Counted from the stretch's first letter, positions 1-9,377 are shown. The stretch: 64,000 nucleotides of DNA from Lachnospiraceae bacterium (GCA_024404495.1 JAKSPT010000013.1:5369-69368), one strand, 5' to 3'. Made by a program: numbers and translations. Notes: generated from the sequence alone by a model not told the origin.

Positions 1-1
1 G

Positions 2-769
2 GCATACGTCTACGGAGAGCTTGATTACTCCATCATCCCGCTGAACGCCATCGGCGATTTCAGCAATCCGAAGAAGCTCCCGCCCGAAATGATCGAGTAT
101 ATCAACGACCTTGCCGACGTCACGAACCACGAGGTGATGTTCACCTTTCACGGCGACGGCACCTTCGCGATCCCGGACGGCAACCAGATGTACGACTTCG
201 CCTACCGCATCGCCGACGATCCCGATTCGGTCCACGCGCAGGCGGAAGCGATGGCGAATTACGCGATCGAAAGAAACAAATCCTTCGCCGAGGCGGGCGT
301 CGAATCGCTGATCCTCTGCTCGGACTACTGCTACAACAGCGGTCCCTTCCTCTCCCCCGCGATGTTCGCCGAATTCATTCAGCCCTATCTTTACAAGATC
401 ATCAAATCCGCGCGCGAAAACGGACAGTACACCATCAAGCACACCGACGGCAACATCATGCCGATCCTCGATATGATGGTGGAGTGCAACCCGCACGCGA
501 TCCATTCCCTCGACCCGATGGCGGGCGTCGATATCCGCGAGGTCAAGCGTCTCTACGGAGACCGCGTCTGCCTCTGCGGCAACGTCCACTGCGCGGCGAT
601 GCAGACCGGTACCGACGAGGACGTCCGCAACAGCGCGATGTACTGCCTCACCTACGGCAAACCGAACGGCGGTTACTTCTTCTGCACCAGCAACGTTCCC
701 TTCCGCGGCATGCCGCCGGAACGCTACCGGATGATCCTCGATATCTGGAAACAGAATCGGGATTATTGA
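2..769 (+). CDS. Uroporphyrinogen decarboxylase (UroD)/MtaA-like methyltransferase family protein, 5'-truncated
   Basis: Frame is open from position 2. Motifs SDYCYNSGPFLSPAMFAEFIQPY, KHTDGN, LCGNV and GGYFFCTSN are typical of the UroD/MT2 TIM barrel. Lies next to a corrinoid protein. Confidence 0.85.
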   Translation, partial: AYVYGELDYSIIPLNAIGDFSNPKKLPPEMIEYINDLADVTNHEVMFTFHGDGTFAIPDGNQMYDFAYRIADDPDSVHAQAEAMANYAIERNKSFAEAGVESLILCSDYCYNSGPFLSPAMFAEFIQPYLYKIIKSARENGQYTIKHTDGNIMPILDMMVECNPHAIHSLDPMAGVDIREVKRLYGDRVCLCGNVHCAAMQTGTDEDVRNSAMYCLTYGKPNGGYFFCTSNVPFRGMPPERYRMILDIWKQNRDY

Positions 770-805
770 TACAGAAAATAATTTTCCCAAAAGGAGAAAA
801 TGATT

Positions 806-1435
806 ATGGAACTCAAAACCATTTCCGAAAATCTTCAGATCGGCAAGGCAAAGATCGTCAAGGAGCTCTGCCAGCAGGCGCTTGACGAGGGGATCCCCGC
901 AAAGACCATTTTAAGCGAAGGTCTCCTCGACGGTATGAACATCATCGGTGAAAAATTCAAGAACAACGAAATCTTCGTTCCCGAGGTCCTCATCGCCGCA
1001 CGCGCGATGAATATGGGCGTCGCGGTCCTGAAGCCCCATCTGCTCGAAGAGGGCGTCAAGGCGACCGGCAAGGTCTGCATCGGCACCGTCAAGGGTGACC
1101 TGCACGACATCGGCAAGAACCTCGTCAAGATGATGATGGAGGGCAAGGGCCTTGAGGTCATCGACCTCGGCACCGACGTCGCTCCCGAGACCTTCGTGCA
1201 GACCGCGATCGAGCAGGGCTGCAAGGTCATCTGCTGCTCCGCTCTTCTGACCACCACGATGGGCGTCATGGGTGAGGTCGTCAAGGCGGTCGAGGCCGCA
1301 GGCAAGAAGGGCGAGATCAAGGTCATGATCGGCGGCGCTCCCGTTACCGAGGAATTCCGCAATCAGATCGGTGCGGACGCCTACACCTCCGACGCAACGA
1401 GCGCCGCGGAAAAAGCCGTGGAGTTCTGCGCGTAA
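806..1435 (+). CDS. Corrinoid (B12-binding) methyltransferase protein, MtaC/MttC-like
   Basis: Cap domain FVPEVLIAARAM plus the B12-binding motifs GDLHDIGKNLV, SALLTTT and IGGAP. RBS AAGGAG; alternative ATG at 800. Confidence 0.95.
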   Translation: MELKTISENLQIGKAKIVKELCQQALDEGIPAKTILSEGLLDGMNIIGEKFKNNEIFVPEVLIAARAMNMGVAVLKPHLLEEGVKATGKVCIGTVKGDLHDIGKNLVKMMMEGKGLEVIDLGTDVAPETFVQTAIEQGCKVICCSALLTTTMGVMGEVVKAVEAAGKKGEIKVMIGGAPVTEEFRNQIGADAYTSDATSAAEKAVEFCA

Positions 1436-1450
1436 CCGAAAGGATCCCCT

Positions 1451-2317
1451 ATGGCAAAAAAGATCACACTGCTCGACGGTGCCGTCGGCACCGGTCTTTG
1501 GGAGATCGCCGAGAAAAACGGCGTGAAAAAGGTCCCCGTGTGGATCTATAACCTCGAGCAGCCCGATTTCGTTCGCTCCCTGCACAGAGCGTATCTGGAA
1601 GCCGGATCCGAAATGATCCTTTCCAACACCTTCGGCGCGAACGCCCCGTCGGTCGCGCGTGCCTCCTCTTACGACCCCGATACGGTCGTGGAAACCGGCG
1701 TGCGTCTGGCGAAGGAGGCGGCGGAAGGCACCTCCGTTCCGGTCGCGCTTGCCGCGGGACCGCTTTCCCAGCTGATGGAGCCGTGGGGCGATCTGACCGA
1801 GGAAGAGGTGAGAGACACCTACCTCCGTCACTTTGAAAGCGGCATGAAGGCGGGTGCGGACTGCGTTATGCTCCAGACCTTCATCGATATGGAAATGATG
1901 CGGGTCGCCGCCGAAGCCGCAAAGGAGTTCGGCGTTCCGGTCTTCTGCACCCTCACCTTTGAAAAGGTCGGAAAGACCATTATGGGCAACTCGGTCAAGG
2001 ACGTCATCGACTGTCTGACGCCGATCGGCATCGACGGCATCGGCATGAACTGCTCGCTCGGTCCCGATCTCGCGGTCCCGGTGATAAAGGAATTTGCCGA
2101 AAAGACCTCGCTCCCGATCGTCTTCAAGCCGAACGCGGGCAAGCCGATCCTTGCCGCCGACGGCACGGGCTCCGCTTCCTACGACGCGGAAGCCTTCGTA
2201 AGAGACATCCTCCCGGCACTTCCCTACGTCGATATGATCGGCGGCTGCTGCGGCAGCAACGCGGACTATATCCGCGCGCTCCGTGAAGCGGTCAAAGCTT
2301 ACGAGAAAACGAATTAA
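1451..2317 (+). CDS. Stand-alone homocysteine S-methyltransferase domain protein (MetH Hcy-binding domain-like)
   Basis: LLDGAVGT, NTFGAN, GMNCS and IGGCCGS, which contain the Zn-ligand cysteines. 288 aa with no pterin-binding domain. Confidence 0.9.
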   Translation: MAKKITLLDGAVGTGLWEIAEKNGVKKVPVWIYNLEQPDFVRSLHRAYLEAGSEMILSNTFGANAPSVARASSYDPDTVVETGVRLAKEAAEGTSVPVALAAGPLSQLMEPWGDLTEEEVRDTYLRHFESGMKAGADCVMLQTFIDMEMMRVAAEAAKEFGVPVFCTLTFEKVGKTIMGNSVKDVIDCLTPIGIDGIGMNCSLGPDLAVPVIKEFAEKTSLPIVFKPNAGKPILAADGTGSASYDAEAFVRDILPALPYVDMIGGCCGSNADYIRALREAVKAYEKTN

Positions 2318-2322
2318 ACCTC

Positions 2323-2373
2323 GGAAAGGGGTGTTGAATATCTTTTTTCGGGTATTCGGCATCCCTTTTTCCG
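2323..2373 (+). terminator. Intra-operon hairpin (terminator or mRNA-stabilising stem)
   Basis: GGAAAGGGGTGTTGAATA ... TATTCGGCATCCCTTTTTCC inverted repeat with G-U pairs. Confidence 0.5.
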
Positions 2374-2397
2374 TCATTACAGAATGGAGTTTTGATT

Positions 2398-2946
2398 ATG
2401 GATCAGAATCTCTGGATCAAAGCGGCGCTTGACGCAGGGGCGACGAAGGCCGCCGTCATTTCCTCCGACACCGTCGTTACTTCCCGTTCCTTCCGCGATA
2501 TCTGCGCCTCCAACGCCTGCGGCGGTTACGGCCGCTGTTGGATGTGTCCGCCCGACGTCGGCGACATCGACGTGCTGATGGCAAGCATCCGGAATTATTC
2601 CCACGGTTTACTGTTCCAGACGATCGCGGAGATCGAGGACAGCTTTGACTTCGAGGGCATGGCGGAAGCCGGAAAGACTCACGCCGAGGTCTGCAAAAAA
2701 GTCAGAAAAGCGGCCAAAGCGATCTCCGATAAAATCCTGTTCCTCGGCGCGGGCGGATGCCGGATGTGCGAGCGCTGCGCCAAGCTCGATAACCTCCCCT
2801 GCCGTATGCCCGAAGAAGCGATGGCTTCGATGGAATCCTACGGCATCGACGTCTACAAGACCACCGAGCCGACCGGGCTGAAATACATCAACGGACAGAA
2901 CACCGTGACCTATTTCGGTCTCGTTCTGTTCAACGAAGAGGAATGA
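2398..2946 (+). CDS. DUF2284 metal-binding protein
   Basis: CxxNxCGxYGxCWxCPP, GAGGCxxCxxC and SMESYGIDV motifs. Confidence 0.9.
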   Translation: MDQNLWIKAALDAGATKAAVISSDTVVTSRSFRDICASNACGGYGRCWMCPPDVGDIDVLMASIRNYSHGLLFQTIAEIEDSFDFEGMAEAGKTHAEVCKKVRKAAKAISDKILFLGAGGCRMCERCAKLDNLPCRMPEEAMASMESYGIDVYKTTEPTGLKYINGQNTVTYFGLVLFNEEE

Positions 2947-2947
2947 A

Positions 2948-4426
2948 ATGGCAATACTGACGATCCGGAAGGGCAAAACGGTGCTTTCCGTCCCGTTTGA
3001 GGGGACGCCGAAGGTCAGCGAGCTGACCGAAAAAGCCGGGTTCGCACTTCCCCATCCCTGCGGCGGCAGAGGCGTCTGCGGGAAATGCGCCGTCGATATC
3101 GAGGGGGCGCTTTCTCCCCTCACCGAAAACGAAAAACGCGCCGGACACCGTCTCTCCTGCCAGACGCGGCTGCTCGGCGACGCGATCCTTACCCTGCCCG
3201 AGGAGAAGCCGGAGATGGTCATCGAGACCGGCTTCGGCTCCCTGAACGTCTCCTTTGCTCCGATGAGCGGAACGGTCGGCGCCGCCGTCGATATCGGCAC
3301 GACGACCGTCGTGCTCCGCCTTTACGATCTGAAAACCGGCGCGTTCCTTGCCGACGCTTCCGCGGTCAACCCGCAGACGGCGATCGCCGCCGACGTGATG
3401 GGCAGGATCGGCGCGGCGAAGGAAGGAAAGCTCTCCCTCCTTTCCGGGCTGATCCGGGACTGCATCCGTTCGCTCCGGAACGAAGCCGTAACAAAAGCGG
3501 GGCTGACACCGGACGCCGTTGACCGTTACGTTCTGACCGGAAACACGACGATGCTCTATCTCCTGACCGGGCGCGATCCGGACTGCCTCTCCCACGCGCC
3601 GTTCCGGGCGGACACGCTCTTCGGGGAGGAATGGGAGTTCGACGGCGTTCCCGCCTATCTCCCGCGCTGTATGAGCGCCTTCGTCGGCGCCGACATTTCG
3701 ACCGCCGTCCTTGCCTCCGGCATGACCGAAAAGAACGAGACCGCCCTGCTCTGCGATATCGGAACGAACGGGGAGATCGCGCTTTTCAAAAACGGTAAGC
3801 TCTACGTTTCCTCCACCGCCGCCGGTCCCGCCTTTGAGGGCGCGGGGATCTCCTGCGGCTGCGGCGGCGTTCCCGGCGCGATCGACAGGGTCACCGTGAC
3901 CGAAGGCGGTCTCGGCGTTCACGTCATCGGCGAAGGAAAAGCGACCGGCATCTGCGGATCGGGTCTGATCGACGCCGTCGCCTGCTATCTCGATACCGAA
4001 ATCATCGACGAGACCGGTTCGATCGACGGGGACACGACCCTTGCCGACGGCGTCGCCCCGAATCAGAAGGACATCCGCGCCGTTCAGCTCGCCAAAGCGG
4101 CGATCGCGGCGGGAATCAAAACGCTCCTTGAGGTCTCCGGAACGAAGGAAGAGGAGATCGGGACGCTCTGTATCGCGGGTGGCTTCGGCAGTCACCTGAA
4201 CATCGCAAGCGCCGTCCGGATCGGGCTGATCCCCGGTGCGCTCGGCGCCGTCGCCCGTCCGATCGGCAACGCCGCGCTCGCCGGCGCGGTAACGCTGATG
4301 CTCGACGCTTCGTCGGTCGGTACGCTGAACGCTTTTGCAGAAAGCGCGGAAGCGGTCAACCTCGGCGGCAATCCCGCCTTCAACGAAAACTATATGGAAC
4401 AGATGCTGTTCCCTTTTGAAGATTGA
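2948..4426 (+). CDS. ASKHA-type ATP-dependent reductive activator of corrinoid proteins (RamA/RACo-like, DUF4445)
   Basis: N-terminal 2Fe-2S motif CGGRGVCGKC...LSCQ; VDIGTTT, DIGTNGE, AAGPAFEG, GICGSG, IAGGFG, IGNAALAGA. Confidence 0.93.
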   Translation: MAILTIRKGKTVLSVPFEGTPKVSELTEKAGFALPHPCGGRGVCGKCAVDIEGALSPLTENEKRAGHRLSCQTRLLGDAILTLPEEKPEMVIETGFGSLNVSFAPMSGTVGAAVDIGTTTVVLRLYDLKTGAFLADASAVNPQTAIAADVMGRIGAAKEGKLSLLSGLIRDCIRSLRNEAVTKAGLTPDAVDRYVLTGNTTMLYLLTGRDPDCLSHAPFRADTLFGEEWEFDGVPAYLPRCMSAFVGADISTAVLASGMTEKNETALLCDIGTNGEIALFKNGKLYVSSTAAGPAFEGAGISCGCGGVPGAIDRVTVTEGGLGVHVIGEGKATGICGSGLIDAVACYLDTEIIDETGSIDGDTTLADGVAPNQKDIRAVQLAKAAIAAGIKTLLEVSGTKEEEIGTLCIAGGFGSHLNIASAVRIGLIPGALGAVARPIGNAALAGAVTLMLDASSVGTLNAFAESAEAVNLGGNPAFNENYMEQMLFPFED

Positions 4427-4442
4427 AAGGAATCCTACCGTT

Positions 4443-5693
4443 ATGATGCAGATTTCAAAGGAAGATATCGAAGTCCTCCGCGAGCTCGGCAAAAAGTATA
4501 TGGCGTACGCCACCCTGCCCGTGCAGGACCTGAAGCGTAAAATGTGGCTCCGCCACAACTCACTCAATACCGTCAAGCCGATGGTGCTGATTGACCAGAT
4601 GCCGTGGAACGAGCTCGACGTAGACGGCAGCCTGATATGCAAGGTGCAGAATCCCTATTTCCGGGGCGTGGAATACGAGATGCGGATGGAAATTTACAAA
4701 TGGGAGCACCTCCCGGTCGATATGGTGCTGAACCCCTACATCCTGATCCCGCGCATTCTCGGCGACACCGGCTACGGCGTCAACATTCAGAACGAAAGGC
4801 TTGCGACCGAAAAGGACAGCGCCGTCTTCGCCTATCATTTCATCAATCAGTTTGAGGAGCCCGAGGACGTCGAAAAGATCAAGGACCCGGTCATCACGGT
4901 CAACCGTGAGGTCGAAAAAGAGGTCATGGAGACCGCGCAGTACATCTTCGACGGCATCGCGCCCGTGAAATTCCGCGGATTCATCCTGCACCTCGGCATC
5001 TGGGATTTCATCACCCAGTGCATGGGCGTGGAAAACTGCTACATCGAGCTGATGGACCGCCCCGAAATGATGCACGCCATCATGAACCGTCTGACCGAGG
5101 CGACGATCTCCCGCATCGAACAGATCAATAAGCTCGGTCTCTACGATATCAACTCGAACTACTGCCACTGCTCCCACACCTTCGGCACCGATCTTCCCTC
5201 CGCCTCCTGCGACCCCGACAACCCGACCACCTACGACGGCTGGGGCTTCGGTCTCGCACAGCTCTTCACCTCGGTTTCTCCCGCGATCACCGACGAATTC
5301 GAGGTGCCCTATATGCAGCGCCTCTTCCCCTATTTCGGCGCGATCTACTACGGCTGCTGCGATAAGCTTTCCGACCGCCTTGATATCGTGGCGAAGATGC
5401 CGAAGATCCGCAAGATCTCGTGCAGCCCGTGGAGCGACCGCGAGGAATTTGCCGCCAATCTGCCGAAGAAATACATTATGTCGAACAAACCGAACCCCGC
5501 CCTGCTCGCCTCCGACGTCTTCGACGAGGACGTCGTCCGTGCCGATCTGCGCCGCACGATCAAAGCCGCGCAGTCGAACGGCGTCTGCCTCGAAATGATC
5601 CTCAAGGATATCAGCACCGTCCGCCACGATCCCCGCCGCCTCTGGAGATGGGCGGAGATCGCCGCGGAGGAAACCGCGAGAGCGCAGTATTGA
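4443..5693 (+). CDS. Divergent UroD/MetE-like TIM-barrel protein
   Basis: MGVENCYIELMDRPEMMH, VSPAITDEFEVPY, YYGCCD, ISCSPW. RBS GAAAGGA before ATG 4443. Confidence 0.7.
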   Translation: MMQISKEDIEVLRELGKKYMAYATLPVQDLKRKMWLRHNSLNTVKPMVLIDQMPWNELDVDGSLICKVQNPYFRGVEYEMRMEIYKWEHLPVDMVLNPYILIPRILGDTGYGVNIQNERLATEKDSAVFAYHFINQFEEPEDVEKIKDPVITVNREVEKEVMETAQYIFDGIAPVKFRGFILHLGIWDFITQCMGVENCYIELMDRPEMMHAIMNRLTEATISRIEQINKLGLYDINSNYCHCSHTFGTDLPSASCDPDNPTTYDGWGFGLAQLFTSVSPAITDEFEVPYMQRLFPYFGAIYYGCCDKLSDRLDIVAKMPKIRKISCSPWSDREEFAANLPKKYIMSNKPNPALLASDVFDEDVVRADLRRTIKAAQSNGVCLEMILKDISTVRHDPRRLWRWAEIAAEETARAQY

Positions 5694-5738
5694 GTTTTGA
5701 GTCTAAAGTCTTAAGCCTTAAGCCTTAAGCCTGAAGAA
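5690..5738 (+). repeat. Tandem heptamer array, consensus TTRAGYC (6-7 units)
   Basis: TTGAGTT TTGAGTC TAAAGTC TTAAGCC TTAAGCC TTAAGCC TGAAGAA. Confidence 0.85.
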
Positions 5739-5742
5739 AACA

Positions 5743-5778
5743 AAAATGCCTCGTCCGTTTTCACGGACGAGGCATTTT
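5743..5778. terminator. Bidirectional intrinsic terminator
   Basis: Perfect 16-bp stem AAAATGCCTCGTCCGT-tttc-ACGGACGAGGCATTTT between convergent genes. Confidence 0.9.
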
Positions 5779-5803
5779 GCTGTTCAACGGAAAAATTGAA
5801 TCC

Positions 5804-5838
5804 GTCTTAAGACTTAAGGCTCAAGACTTAAGACTCTT
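5804..5838 (-). repeat. Tandem heptamer array, same TTRAGYC unit on the minus strand (4-5 units)
   Basis: Minus strand reads (AAGAGTC) TTAAGTC TTGAGCC TTAAGTC TTAAGAC from the alaS stop onward. Confidence 0.8.
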
Positions 5839-8473
5839 ACTTCAGCATTCCCTTGACGAGCGCGGGGACCGAAGCGAGGGCTTCCGCGGTCTTGGAAGCA
5901 TCCTTACCGCCGGAGGAGGCGCTGTCGGGTCTGCCGCCGCCGTTGCCGCCGGTCGCCTGCGCGACCGCTTTGGCGAGGTTGCCGGCGTGTGCGCCGCGCT
6001 TGACGGCTTCCTTGCCGCAGGCGGCGGTGAAGGTCAGCTTCGCGCCGATCTCGGCGGCGAGAACGATGACCGCGTTATCGTAAGAAGCCTTGATCTCGTC
6101 GCAGATCGCGCGCGGCATTTCGGGCGCGCAGTCGCGGAAGATCTTGGTGATGACCTTGATGCCGTCCACGTCGGCGGCAGAATCGAGAAGCGCCTGCGTC
6201 GCGGAAGCGGCGAGCTTGGCGTTGAGCGCCTCAATCTCGTGCTTTGCCGTGCGGAGTTCTTCCTGCACCTGTGCGGCGCGGAGGGGCAGATCGGTCGGGT
6301 TCGGGACCTTGAGCTCCTTTGCCGCCCTGTCGATCAGCGCCTGCTTTTCGGCGAGGACGGAGAGGACGTTCTTTCCGGTGACGCACTCGATGCGGCGGAC
6401 GCCGGAAGCGACCGAAGCCTCGGTGACGATATGGAAGAGGCCGATGCGGGCGGTGTTATCGACGTGGGTACCGCCGCAGAATTCGCTCGACGCATTTCCC
6501 ATCTTGACGACGCGGACGGTCTGACCGTACTTTTCGCCGAAGAGCATCATCGCGCCCATCTTCTTTGCTTCCTCGATATCGGTGACGATCGTTTCGACCG
6601 GGATACCGGAAAGGATATTGTCATTGACGATCTCCTCGACTTTCGCAAGCTCGTCGGCAGTGACGGCAGCGTAATGCGTGAAGTCGAATCTGCCTCTCTG
6701 CTCGTCAACGTAGGAGCCCGCCTGCTCGACGTGAGAGCCGAGGACCTGACGGAGCGCCGCCTGCAGCAGATGGAGGGAGGAGTGGTTGCGGCGGATCGCC
6801 TCGCGGCGAACAAGATCGATGCGCGCGGTGACGGTATCGCCGACGCGGATGATCCCGCTTACGAGCGAGCAGATATGGAGATAAATGCCGTCGTTCTTCT
6901 TGGTATCGGTGACGGAAGCAAGCACCTCGCCGTCAGCCCCGAGGATCGAACCGGTATCGCCGACCTGACCGCCGCCTTCGCCGTAGAAGGGCGTCTTGTC
7001 AAGCACGAGCGTGAAGTCGCCCTCGCTGACCTCGTTCACGAGCATATCGCCCGCGATGATCGCGATGACCTTGCCTGCGGTCTCGTTTTCGGTATAGCCG
7101 GTGAAATCGGTCTTGGGCAGGTCCTTGGTCAGACCGGTGTTCGAGGAATCCCAGCCGGAAATGTTGGCTCTTGCCTCTCTTGCTCTGACCTTCTGTGCCT
7201 GCATCAGTTCGGCAAACTTTGCGTCGTCGAGGGAAAGACCGGATTCCTCCGCGATCTCACGGGTGAGGTCGATCGGGAAGCCGAAGGTATCGTAAAGCTT
7301 GAAGGTCTCCTCGCCGGAAATGACGGTCTTGCCGTCCTTTTTCGCGTCGGCGATCAGACCGTTCAGGATCGAAAGACCGGCGTCGATCGTTGCGTCGAAG
7401 CGGTCCTCTTCCATCGAAAGGACCTTTCTGATGTAATCCGCTTTTTCCGCAAGCTCGGGATAAGCGCCCTTGCTCTCGCCGATCGCGACGTCGCAGACCT
7501 CGCAGAGGAAGGAGCGGTCGATGCCGAGCAGCTTGCCGTGACGGCAGGCGCGGCGGATGATGCGGCGGAGGACGTAGCCTCTGCCCTCGTTGGACGGAAT
7601 GACGCCGTCGGCGATCATGAACAACGCGGAACGGGTATGGTCGGTGATGACGCGGATCGAAATATCGTTCCCGGCGTCGGTGCCGTACTTTTTGCCCGAG
7701 ATCTCGACGACCTTGTCCAGCACCTTGCGGATGGTATCGACCTCGAACATATTGTCAACGCCCTGCATGACGCAGGCGAGACGCTCCAGACCCATACCGG
7801 TGTCGATGTTCTTCTGCTTCAGCTCGGTGTAGGTGCCGTCACCCATATTGTTGAACTGGGAGAAGACGTTGTTCCAGATCTCCATATAGCGGTCGCAGTC
7901 GCAGCCGGGCTTGCAGTCGGGCTTGCCGCAGCCGTACTTTTCGCCGCGGTCAAAGTAGATCTCGGAGCAGGGACCGCAGGGACCGGTGCCGTGTTCCCAG
8001 AAGTTGTCTTCCTTGCCGAGGCGGACGATGTGCTCCGCCGGAACGCCGATACGGTCCTTCCAGATCGTATAGGCTTCCTCATCGTTCTCGTAGATCGAGG
8101 GCCACAGCTTGTCCTCCGGAATTTCGAGGACCTTCGTCAGAAACTCCCACGCCCACGGGATCGCCTCGTCCTTGAAGTAGTCGCCGAAGGAGAAGTTACC
8201 GAGCATTTCAAAGAAGGTGCCGTGACGCGCGGTGTGACCGACGCGCTCAAGGTCGGGGGTACGGATGCACTTCTGGCAGGTGGTGACGCGGTTGCGCGGC
8301 GGGATGACCTCGCCGGTGAAGAACTTCTTCATGGGCGCCATACCGGAATTGATCAGAAGCAGGGATTTATCGTTATTGGGGATCAGCGGAAAGCTTTTCA
8401 GACGGAGATGTCCTTTCGATTCAAAAAACGAAAGATAGGACTCTCTCAGTTCGTTAAGACCTGTCCATTTCAT
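5837..8473 (-). CDS. alaS: Alanine--tRNA ligase
   Basis: NSGMAPMK, TTCQKCIR, RHGTFFEMLGNFSFGDYFK, GPCGPCSEI, IDTGMGLER, EFCGGTHV, GGNGGGR. GGAGG RBS. Confidence 0.99.
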   Translation of the reverse strand: MKWTGLNELRESYLSFFESKGHLRLKSFPLIPNNDKSLLLINSGMAPMKKFFTGEVIPPRNRVTTCQKCIRTPDLERVGHTARHGTFFEMLGNFSFGDYFKDEAIPWAWEFLTKVLEIPEDKLWPSIYENDEEAYTIWKDRIGVPAEHIVRLGKEDNFWEHGTGPCGPCSEIYFDRGEKYGCGKPDCKPGCDCDRYMEIWNNVFSQFNNMGDGTYTELKQKNIDTGMGLERLACVMQGVDNMFEVDTIRKVLDKVVEISGKKYGTDAGNDISIRVITDHTRSALFMIADGVIPSNEGRGYVLRRIIRRACRHGKLLGIDRSFLCEVCDVAIGESKGAYPELAEKADYIRKVLSMEEDRFDATIDAGLSILNGLIADAKKDGKTVISGEETFKLYDTFGFPIDLTREIAEESGLSLDDAKFAELMQAQKVRAREARANISGWDSSNTGLTKDLPKTDFTGYTENETAGKVIAIIAGDMLVNEVSEGDFTLVLDKTPFYGEGGGQVGDTGSILGADGEVLASVTDTKKNDGIYLHICSLVSGIIRVGDTVTARIDLVRREAIRRNHSSLHLLQAALRQVLGSHVEQAGSYVDEQRGRFDFTHYAAVTADELAKVEEIVNDNILSGIPVETIVTDIEEAKKMGAMMLFGEKYGQTVRVVKMGNASSEFCGGTHVDNTARIGLFHIVTEASVASGVRRIECVTGKNVLSVLAEKQALIDRAAKELKVPNPTDLPLRAAQVQEELRTAKHEIEALNAKLAASATQALLDSAADVDGIKVITKIFRDCAPEMPRAICDEIKASYDNAVIVLAAEIGAKLTFTAACGKEAVKRGAHAGNLAKAVAQATGGNGGGRPDSASSGGKDASKTAEALASVPALVKGMLK

Positions 8474-8517
8474 ATTGTTTGTTTTCCTCCGGAAAATCAT
8501 TATCGTTCAATTTTATT

Positions 8518-8546
8518 ATTATAGCAGGATTTTCGCGTAAAGTCAA
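8518..8546 (-). promoter_or_regulatory. Sigma-A promoter of alaS
   Basis: TTGACT-17-TATAAT with an extended -10 TG on the minus strand. Confidence 0.8.
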
Positions 8547-8648
8547 CGGGAGAAGGAATCTTTTCCCGCAAAACGGAAACTTTTTTCGGGCTTTTTTGAA
8601 AAAAGGACTGGTCGTGCGGCGGAATCCATCCGCCCCGACACTATGATG

Positions 8649-8677
8649 TTGACTATATAAAAGGTTTGTGATATAAT
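8649..8677 (+). promoter_or_regulatory. Sigma-A promoter of the 8711 gene
   Basis: TTGACT-17-TATAAT with extended TG. Confidence 0.8.
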
Positions 8678-8710
8678 GAAAACACTCAAATATCTTCTTG
8701 GTGGTGCAAT

Positions 8711-9349
8711 ATGAAAAAGAAAAGCCGGACTTTGCGTATCATTCTGCTGATTGTAATTGCCGTTCTGATCATCATTTCAGCACTTTTGGCGGTCGGTTTT
8801 ATCAGCGGTAAACTCTATTGGGAAAAAGATGAAACCGGGCGAACATGGTTGGTCGTCGATAATACTCACGGTAAAACCACTTATGAGCAAAACGCGGAAG
8901 CGATGAAGACGGAATATCCGACCGATTTATTCGTGTACGGAGAAGATTGTCATTTCAAGAGCTTTGTTCCTTATATAACGATCTCTGAAATCAGTTCTGA
9001 TGCTGTCAGAAGCGACAAACCATATAAGGCGATTGTTATCAATGATATGCACGGCGAAACACCGCTCGCCGATAATGATTATCAGCTGCTGTATCAGTTG
9101 GTAATTAAGGGAGAGTATTCCCTTGCCTATATCGGCAAGAGCAAACTGAATACATTTGTGGAATACGGGTTTATAGAAGACCAGTTCACCGGGGGCGACG
9201 CGAGTTTTCTGATCCGGAATTACAACGGTTCCGTGAAGCCCTCTATCGGTATTTGGACAGATACGGAACAGGGCTATTATGATAACGGTTCGACTGATAT
9301 CCTCGGTGAGTTGTTAATTGATGTTTTCATAAAAAAGCTGTTCAAATGA
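8711..9349 (+). CDS. Hypothetical membrane-anchored protein, AT-rich
   Basis: 212-aa ORF with a basic N-terminus and a hydrophobic helix. It has its own promoter and terminator, and its codon usage differs from neighbours. Confidence 0.8.
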   Translation: MKKKSRTLRIILLIVIAVLIIISALLAVGFISGKLYWEKDETGRTWLVVDNTHGKTTYEQNAEAMKTEYPTDLFVYGEDCHFKSFVPYITISEISSDAVRSDKPYKAIVINDMHGETPLADNDYQLLYQLVIKGEYSLAYIGKSKLNTFVEYGFIEDQFTGGDASFLIRNYNGSVKPSIGIWTDTEQGYYDNGSTDILGELLIDVFIKKLFK

Positions 9350-9377
9350 CATTCATCTGAACAAATCATACCGATCA

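Noticed and set aside
770-805. Cobalamin or SAM riboswitch near the corrinoid genes
   Set aside because: Intergenic gaps are too short and lack the motifs. The operon leader is outside the window.
5690-5838. Possible CRISPR array
   Set aside because: Units are 7 bp with no spacers, and no cas genes are present.
5777-8524. 915-aa ORF antisense to alaS, and similar long antisense ORFs (18882-21824, 30468-32315, 33233-35554, 35535-37424, 41585-43384, 46396-48258)
   Set aside because: Shadow ORFs. The sense genes rarely use TTA/CTA/TCA codons, which removes antisense stops, and the translations show no motifs.
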